A DNA stretch of 64,000 nucleotides, from contig JAXHLO010000022.1 of NCBI GenBank assembly GCA_034522075.1, positions 59,104 to 123,103 on the forward strand, in the 5' to 3' direction. Position numbers and translations under genes: made by a program. The notes below the pieces were generated by a model, which was not told where the DNA came from, ran no database searches, and worked only from the letters and a program-made list of their open reading frames with translations. Numbering within the stretch: the first letter of the stretch is position 1; the number at the start of each line of letters is the position of its first letter. Of this stretch, positions 59,388-64,000 are shown in pieces. The DNA comes from Gammaproteobacteria bacterium (GTDB lineage Bacteria > Pseudomonadota > Gammaproteobacteria > Pseudomonadales > Azotimanducaceae).

Positions 59388-60377
59388 TCAGTGGCTGTGG
59401 GCGGCACTGGATTTCTCCAGATCCGCCTTGATGAGGTAGCTGTTAGCCACCACGTATTCTTCGCCGGGCCGCAAACCCTCGAGCACCTCGGCGCGCTCGT
59501 GGTCGCTGCGGCCGAGTTCGAGCGGGCGGGCTTCATAGGTGTGGCCGGTGCGCACGAACGCCACGGTGTCACCGTCCAGGGTCTGCAGCGCATCGTGGAG
59601 GACTGCCAGGGGCACGTCGTAACGGTCGGTCACCGCTCGCGCGGAGACGAACTGACCCGGCCGCAGCAGACCCTCAGGATTCTGCGCGATCACTCGGGCG
59701 CGGATACTCTGGCTGCCGTGGGCAACCAGTGGTGAGAGCCAGTCGATGACACCGTTCACGCGCTGGCCGTCGACGGTTTCGATGGCCACTTCCTGCCCAG
59801 CGCGAACCCGCGCGAGATTGCGGCCGAACACGTCGAGCTGTATCCAGACCTCGGAGAGATCCACCAGCTGGAACAGCGGCTCGTTAGCCGCTACCTGGCC
59901 CACCTGCACGTTCCGGGACAGCACGACGCCGTCGATCGGGGCCGTGACCTGGAAAGTCTGCAAGCTGTCATTGCTCTCCACGACGGCCATGACGTCGCCG
60001 GCGCGCACGCGCTGGCCGATGCTGGCTCGAACTTCTCGAACGATGCCGGCGTAGCGGGGCCGCACTTCGGCCAGCCCGGCCGGATCGGCCTGGACCGTGC
60101 CGGTGAGGCCGACGGTCTGTACGAGGCTGGCGGGACCGGCTTCCGCGGTGCGCACCCCCGCGGACGCGGCGGCCTCAGGGCTGATGCTCGTCTTCCGCAC
60201 GCCGCCATCCTCGTGGCCGTGCTCATCCTCGTGTCCCTGCTCGTCGCCGTGCTCGTCATGGTGTTCTTCCTCGTGTCGAGACGAGCCTGCACGTTCGCTC
60301 GCAACCAGCCACGCCCCGCCGGTTCCTGCCAGGATGATCACGAGCGACAGCCACCAGGCTCTGCGCCAGTAATTCAT
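59388..60377 (-). CDS. czcB: RND efflux periplasmic adaptor (CzcB/CusB family) with a His-rich N-terminal tract
   Basis: HEEEHHDEHGDEQGHEDEHGHEDGG, followed by the lipoyl/beta-barrel pattern (VRAGDVMAVVESNDSLQTFQVTAPIDGVVLSRNV...). Confidence 0.85.
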   Translation of the reverse strand: MNYWRRAWWLSLVIILAGTGGAWLVASERAGSSRHEEEHHDEHGDEQGHEDEHGHEDGGVRKTSISPEAAASAGVRTAEAGPASLVQTVGLTGTVQADPAGLAEVRPRYAGIVREVRASIGQRVRAGDVMAVVESNDSLQTFQVTAPIDGVVLSRNVQVGQVAANEPLFQLVDLSEVWIQLDVFGRNLARVRAGQEVAIETVDGQRVNGVIDWLSPLVAHGSQSIRARVIAQNPEGLLRPGQFVSARAVTDRYDVPLAVLHDALQTLDGDTVAFVRTGHTYEARPLELGRSDHERAEVLEGLRPGEEYVVANSYLIKADLEKSSAAHSH

Positions 60378-61609
60378 GATTTATTCTCCAACCGATAGGT
60401 GAGCTGCTCGAGCTCGGTCATGAGGCGGTGAAAATCGGCTGCCACGGTGATGGCCTGGCTCTGGATCTCCACCAGGCGGCGCTGGGCATCCGCGACCACC
60501 AGAAAGGAGTGGCGGCCCGCCTCGAACCCTGCCTGATACTCGGTGACGGCCGCCCGGGCTTCGGGTAAGGCTGTTTCGTCGAGCATGGCGAGCTCCGCCT
60601 TGCGGGCATTCAGCTCGGCAATGAGCGCAGCGGCCACACCTGCCAGGTTTCTGTGGCGGCTTGCCTGCGTCAGCTCCAGTTCGAGCACCTGCTCTTGCGC
60701 CGCGCGAATGGCAGGCTCGGCCCGCGAGGCGGTGCCGAGTGGCATACTGAACTCCAGCATGAATCCCCCGGTGTCGAGTTCGCCGAGGTACTTGGCGCCG
60801 GCCGAGGCGGTGATGTCAGCCCGGCGCTGACTGCGGGCCAGCTCGGCTTCGCGCTCCGCCACCTGACGCTCCGCCGCCAGCCGCTGCAGGTCGGGATGGC
60901 GCGCCAGGTCCCGCTGGACCTCTGCAAGATCGGGAATTGGGGCAAGAATGAAGAGTTCCGCCTCGGCACGGCCGAAGTCGGCAACGGGGTCTCCCCACAA
61001 TGACGCGAGCCGGGCACGCGATGCCGCCAGCGTGCCTTCGCTGCGGATCATCTCGAGGCGTGCCCGGGCAAGCTCCGCCTTGGCCCCGTGAGCTTCCGCC
61101 TGTGACGAGCGCGCGGCCTCGACCCGCCTGGCCACGCGCTCGTAAAGGACTTCGGCCAGATCGAGCCGGTCGTGAGCCACGTCGAGGCGGGACTGCGACG
61201 CCACCACGTCGGTGAATCGCTGAACGGTCTCTGCCGTAAGAGCCACGTACTGCAGTTCGCGCTCGAGCTCCGCCCGCCGCAGCCGCGCAGCGCCAGCTTC
61301 CCGGCGCAGTATCCGCTTGTTGCCTCGCTCCAATACCCGCGACAGGCGCAGGGTGCCCTCCCCCGCGTCCGCGCCCGGCGCATCGCCGATACCCAGCGGC
61401 CCTTCGAACTCGGCGCCGATCACCAGCGGCGGAGCCTGGGCGGCCGCATCCCGTTCCGCCGCTGCGGCACGAGCCGCAGCCTGCCAGCGGCTCAACTCGG
61501 GATGGCTTGCAACGGTTCGAGCAACGGCCTGTTCGAGCGTTAATGCATGGACGGCCGGCACCCCGGCAGCGGTGAAAACCGTCCAGAGGAACAGGTGTTT
61601 GAGCATGTC
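60374..61609 (-). CDS. czcC: TolC-like outer membrane factor (CzcC family)
   Basis: MLKHLFLWTVFTAAGVPAVHALTLEQAV..., with two helical repeat halves. It overlaps czcB by 4 nt. The listed ORF starts at 61657. Confidence 0.8.
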   Translation of the reverse strand, partial: DMLKHLFLWTVFTAAGVPAVHALTLEQAVARTVASHPELSRWQAAARAAAAERDAAAQAPPLVIGAEFEGPLGIGDAPGADAGEGTLRLSRVLERGNKRILRREAGAARLRRAELERELQYVALTAETVQRFTDVVASQSRLDVAHDRLDLAEVLYERVARRVEAARSSQAEAHGAKAELARARLEMIRSEGTLAASRARLASLWGDPVADFGRAEAELFILAPIPDLAEVQRDLARHPDLQRLAAERQVAEREAELARSQRRADITASAGAKYLGELDTGGFMLEFSMPLGTASRAEPAIRAAQEQVLELELTQASRHRNLAGVAAALIAELNARKAELAMLDETALPEARAAVTEYQAGFEAGRHSFLVVADAQRRLVEIQSQAITVAADFHRLMTELEQLTYRLENKS

Positions 61610-61691
61610 GCTTCGTCTCGTCCGTGGTTGGGCCGGCGCAGGGCCGGCGCGTAACATCGACTGGAGCAGGACGCCCTAACGGCGCCGTGGT

Positions 61692-62039
61692 TCAGGCTAT
61701 TGGCGGACGGTACGGTGCTTGGGTGGTGCCAGGGAGCGGCACCTTCCGCAGTCGTTCTGGCGGATGCGCGCAAGAGGCGGCACAAACCGCCGGCGTGAAG
61801 CTGGCCTCGACCTGAGCATGCTGGCAGCACTGGTCGAAGTGCAGATGGTCACCATCGGCCATGGGAATGGCACCCGGGATATCGATGGCGGAGGGAGAAA
61901 CGTCCGCAGAGGCCTCCGGAAATCCGCAGGCCAGATGCGCATCGGCCCACGAGATCGGCGCTGCAATCAACGCGGCCATCAACAGCAGTTGCAGAATCCG
62001 CCGCCGCGCCGCGGGGTTGCCGGCTGATGCCGCGGTCAC
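61692..62039 (-). CDS. small exported Cys/His-containing protein leading the czc operon (CzcI-like role, tentative)
   Basis: RRRILQLLLMAALIAAPISWADA is a signal peptide. The mature part contains DGDHLHFDQCCQHAQ and CAASCAH. Confidence 0.45.
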   Translation of the reverse strand: MTAASAGNPAARRRILQLLLMAALIAAPISWADAHLACGFPEASADVSPSAIDIPGAIPMADGDHLHFDQCCQHAQVEASFTPAVCAASCAHPPERLRKVPLPGTTQAPYRPPIA

Positions 62040-62180
62040 CGCGCTGCCTCACCGCTGTAGTGATCGTGGAGTCGCCACTCGCGCCCTTGGCGCTCGCGCA
62101 GGACCGCAATGCCCTTGAGTTTACTTTCGCAGCAGTCGTCCATATCGGTCGGCAGTCCAGCAAATAGCCGTTAGGATGAG

Positions 62181-62199
62181 CCTTGTAGCGGCTATAAGG
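62181..62199. promoter_or_regulatory. MerR-type operator palindrome inside a long-spacer divergent promoter
   Basis: CCTTGTAGC-G-GCTATAAGG is an inverted repeat with one mismatch. On the minus strand it sits between TTGACC (62198-62203) and CATCCT (62173-62178), separated by 19 nt. That spacing is the MerR-family hallmark. Confidence 0.45.
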
Positions 62200-62229
62200 T
62201 CAACCCCGAAACGCCATGGAAACTTCGCA

Positions 62230-62652
62230 ATGAGCACAGAGCACTACTCCATCGGACAACTGGCCCGGGCTACGGGCACGAAGGCGGTGACGATTCGGTA
62301 CTACGAGCGGCAAGGTCTACTGCCTTCACCACCTCGTACGGCAAGCGGATACCGCGTCTACGACAATGACCACCGGGATCGCCTGCTCTTCGTCCGCCGC
62401 AGCCGGGGACTGGGCTTCAGTCTGGACGACATCCGGGAACTCCTGGGGTTTGCCGATGAACCCAGCGCGTCCTGTGCCGAGGTGGATGCCAAGGTCGCAG
62501 CGCAACTCGTGCAGATACGGCAACGACTGCGACAGCTCAGATCCCTGGAAGCGGAGCTGCAACGCTTGATCGCCTGCTGCAAGGGCGGCGTGATTGACGA
62601 TTGCCAGATCATTGAAGCGCTGACGGAGCACCAGCAAGCTAGCGCTTCGTGA
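62230..62652 (+). CDS. MerR-family heavy-metal-responsive regulator (CadR/ZntR/PbrR-like)
   Basis: YSIGQLARATGTKAVTIRYYERQGLLPSPPRTASGYRVYDNDHRDRLLFVRRSRGLGFSLDDIRELL, plus a Cys in the helix (SASCAEV) and the C-terminal CCKGGVIDDC metal loop. Confidence 0.85.
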   Translation: MSTEHYSIGQLARATGTKAVTIRYYERQGLLPSPPRTASGYRVYDNDHRDRLLFVRRSRGLGFSLDDIRELLGFADEPSASCAEVDAKVAAQLVQIRQRLRQLRSLEAELQRLIACCKGGVIDDCQIIEALTEHQQASAS

Positions 62653-62844
62653 CCCCAGTCTCCCGTCAGGTCCTCGTCAGGCGAAATTCAGGGCGCCACC
62701 CATTTCGTCGGTGAGCGGCAAACAAAACAGCCTGCCCCGTCCTGGACTGGACTTGATAATCTGCAGGATCGCGCAGTCGCGCTTGCCCATGGGCGAGGCT
62801 CTAAACCATTGATTAAGGCTCTTGAGCATTAATGGGGTAGAGCC

Positions 62845-62970
62845 AGTTGGCGGAGAGGGAGGGATTACCGTTGCCACTGCGTGGCAACGTTCTGCGCCAA
62901 CGCCAAGCGTTGGCTTGTACCGCCGCCGCTTCGCGGCGACGTTCTCTTCAGCTCACGCTGCGCGTGAGCC
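62845..62970 (-). repeat. tRNA-Ser 3'-end mimic (22 nt) plus two tandem 52-nt double-hairpin units
   Basis: AGTTGGCGGAGAGGGAGGGATT comes first. Unit 1 is ACCGTTGCCACTGCGTGGCAACGTTCTGCGCCAACGCCAAGCGTTGGCTTGT. Unit 2 is ACCGCCGCCGCTTCGCGGCGACGTTCTCTTCAGCTCACGCTGCGCGTGAGCC. The two units share their layout but have different, self-complementary stems. Confidence 0.8.
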
Positions 62971-63019
62971 TACGAGTCGAACCTGAGGGGCCCCGCACTC
63001 GCGCAACCCGCTTCACCGA

Positions 63020-63049
63020 CTAGAAAGGGCCCGTTGGGCCCCTTTCTAG
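63020..63049 (-). terminator. stem-loop immediately downstream of tRNA-Ser
   Basis: CTAGAAAGGGCCC-gtt-GGGCCCCTTTCTAG is a 13-bp stem with one mismatch or bulge, starting 1-2 nt after the tRNA 3' end. Confidence 0.6.
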
Positions 63050-63050
63050 T

Positions 63051-63138
63051 TGGCGGAGAGGGAGGGATTCGAACCCTCGATACGTTGCCGTATACACACT
63101 TTCCAGGCGTGCGCCTTCGACCGCTCGGCCACCTCTCC
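63051..63138 (-). tRNA. tRNA-Ser (anticodon GGA)
   Basis: The reverse complement is GGAGAGGTGGCCGAGCGGTCGAAGGCGCACGCCTGGAAAGTGTGTATACGGCAACGTATCGAGGGTTCGAATCCCTCCCTCTCCGCCA. It has a 7-bp acceptor stem, anticodon loop CU-GGA-AA, a long variable arm, a TTCGAAT T-loop and an encoded CCA. It is nearly identical to E. coli tRNA-Ser(GGA) as I remember it. Confidence 0.92.
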
Positions 63139-63186
63139 GAAAGGGTGGCAACCCAAACCAGCCGCACCCCGGCACACGAATTCGTT

Positions 63187-63217
<31 letters not shown>

Positions 63218-63448
63218 GTTCACAACGTATCGTTGCGGGGGGACCGGAATGGGTCGCCATTGATCATGCGCCCATTGCGCGACCGCGCATGGTAACGAAC
63301 CTGTGCAGCGAAGTGTAGCAACCCGGCCGGGCCGCACCAAGGTGAATCGGGGCCAGCGGTTCAGAGTGGCCGGGCCGTCGGGTCGGGCACGGGCTGGCTC
63401 CCGCCCCGGGTATTGGTTAGGCTCCCGCTTTCCCTGGGGGAGCGCGAG

Positions 63449-64000
63449 TTGCGCAGAGATCACCGCCCGTACGGGCTGAAACGGCTGCACCGCGCGCTGG
63501 AACGGGCGTGGCTGAACCATTTCATCGCTCCCCAGCTCGACCACATGGGCAGCCACTGCAAAATCATGGGGCCCTGGCATTTCAAGCTGTACGGGGCCGC
63601 TATATCACTCGGCGAGTGCGTGCATGTGGTGGCCGCCGCCGACCGCACGGTGCGCCTGACCACCTGGGAGCACGCCGACGGCCGCGGACGTATCGACATT
63701 GGCGATTTCTGCCTCATCTGCCCGGGCGTACGTATCGATTCGGCCTGCCACGTGGAGGTGGGCAGCAACACGATGATCGCTGCCGGGGCCTATATCACCG
63801 ATGCCGACTGGCACGATCTGTATGACCGCACCCGCATCATCGGCAGCCACGGCAAGGTCACGCTGGAAGACAACGTCTGGATCGGCGACGGCGCCATCGT
63901 CTGCAAAGGAGTTCGTATCGGCGCCGACAGCGTCATCGGCGCCGGCAGCGTGGTCACCCGGGACATCCCCGCCGGGGTCGTGGCCGCGGGCAACCCGGCG
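63449..64000 (+). CDS. hexapeptide-repeat (left-handed beta-helix) acetyltransferase, 3' end beyond the window
   Basis: The frame is open from 63449 (TTG, with GGGGAG upstream) to the window end. It reads IDIGDFCLICPGVRIDSACHVEVGSNTMIAAGAYITDADWHDLYDR...VTLEDNVWIGDGAIVCKGVRIGADSVIGAGSVVTRDIPAGVVAAGNPA. It is absent from the ORF track because it has no stop. Confidence 0.75.
   Translation, partial: MRRDHRPYGLKRLHRALERAWLNHFIAPQLDHMGSHCKIMGPWHFKLYGAAISLGECVHVVAAADRTVRLTTWEHADGRGRIDIGDFCLICPGVRIDSACHVEVGSNTMIAAGAYITDADWHDLYDRTRIIGSHGKVTLEDNVWIGDGAIVCKGVRIGADSVIGAGSVVTRDIPAGVVAAGNPA

Noticed and set aside
62677-62877. 66-codon ORF between merR and the tRNA-proximal repeat, considered as an integrase, AlpA or excisionase remnant.
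   Set aside because: It has no recognisable recombinase or HTH motif, and its 5' end runs into the tRNA-mimic repeat. I left it unannotated.
62971-63019. A stretch between the double-hairpin repeat and the tRNA terminator containing GAGTCGAACCTGAGG, superficially T-arm-like.
   Set aside because: It cannot be folded into a 5-bp stem with a 7-nt loop, and it lacks flanking acceptor-like sequence.

Overview
High-GC (hand-sampled lines about 65-77% GC) proteobacterial-type chromosomal DNA. I see three parts. (1) 1-27 kb is ordinary core and accessory metabolism: GT2/methyltransferase/kinase-like envelope genes, an RCK K+ channel, GST, thiolase, two Crp/Fnr paralogs beside an lmo0937-DUF4398-OmpA envelope-stress operon, fasciclin, purK-purE, a desaturase and fadE. 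(2) 27-35 kb holds a lower-GC, foreign-looking minus-strand module: a 1001-aa Gly-rich collagen-like secreted protein, a 657-aa protein with a papain-like Gln/Cys/His/Asn arrangement, and an ATP-grasp ligase. It is bordered by a truncated GNAT gene and an IS91 scrap, and it is my best candidate for an undescribed system. (3) 35-63 kb is a decayed stress and metal-resistance island next to tRNA-Ser(GGA). It is marked by copies of the tRNA 3' end, a structured double-hairpin repeat, a duplicated about 0.8-kb Phd/VapC locus, and IS200 and IS3 remnants. Its cargo includes czcCBA-merR, sodB, SulP and sulfide-detoxification genes. Many genes across the whole window carry 1-nt frameshifts, some in homopolymer runs, or internal deletions at microhomologies. 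The window therefore shows sequencing indels, real gene decay, or both. No rRNA, CRISPR array or recombinase gene was seen. All calls come from reading the translations and sequence by eye, without any database search.
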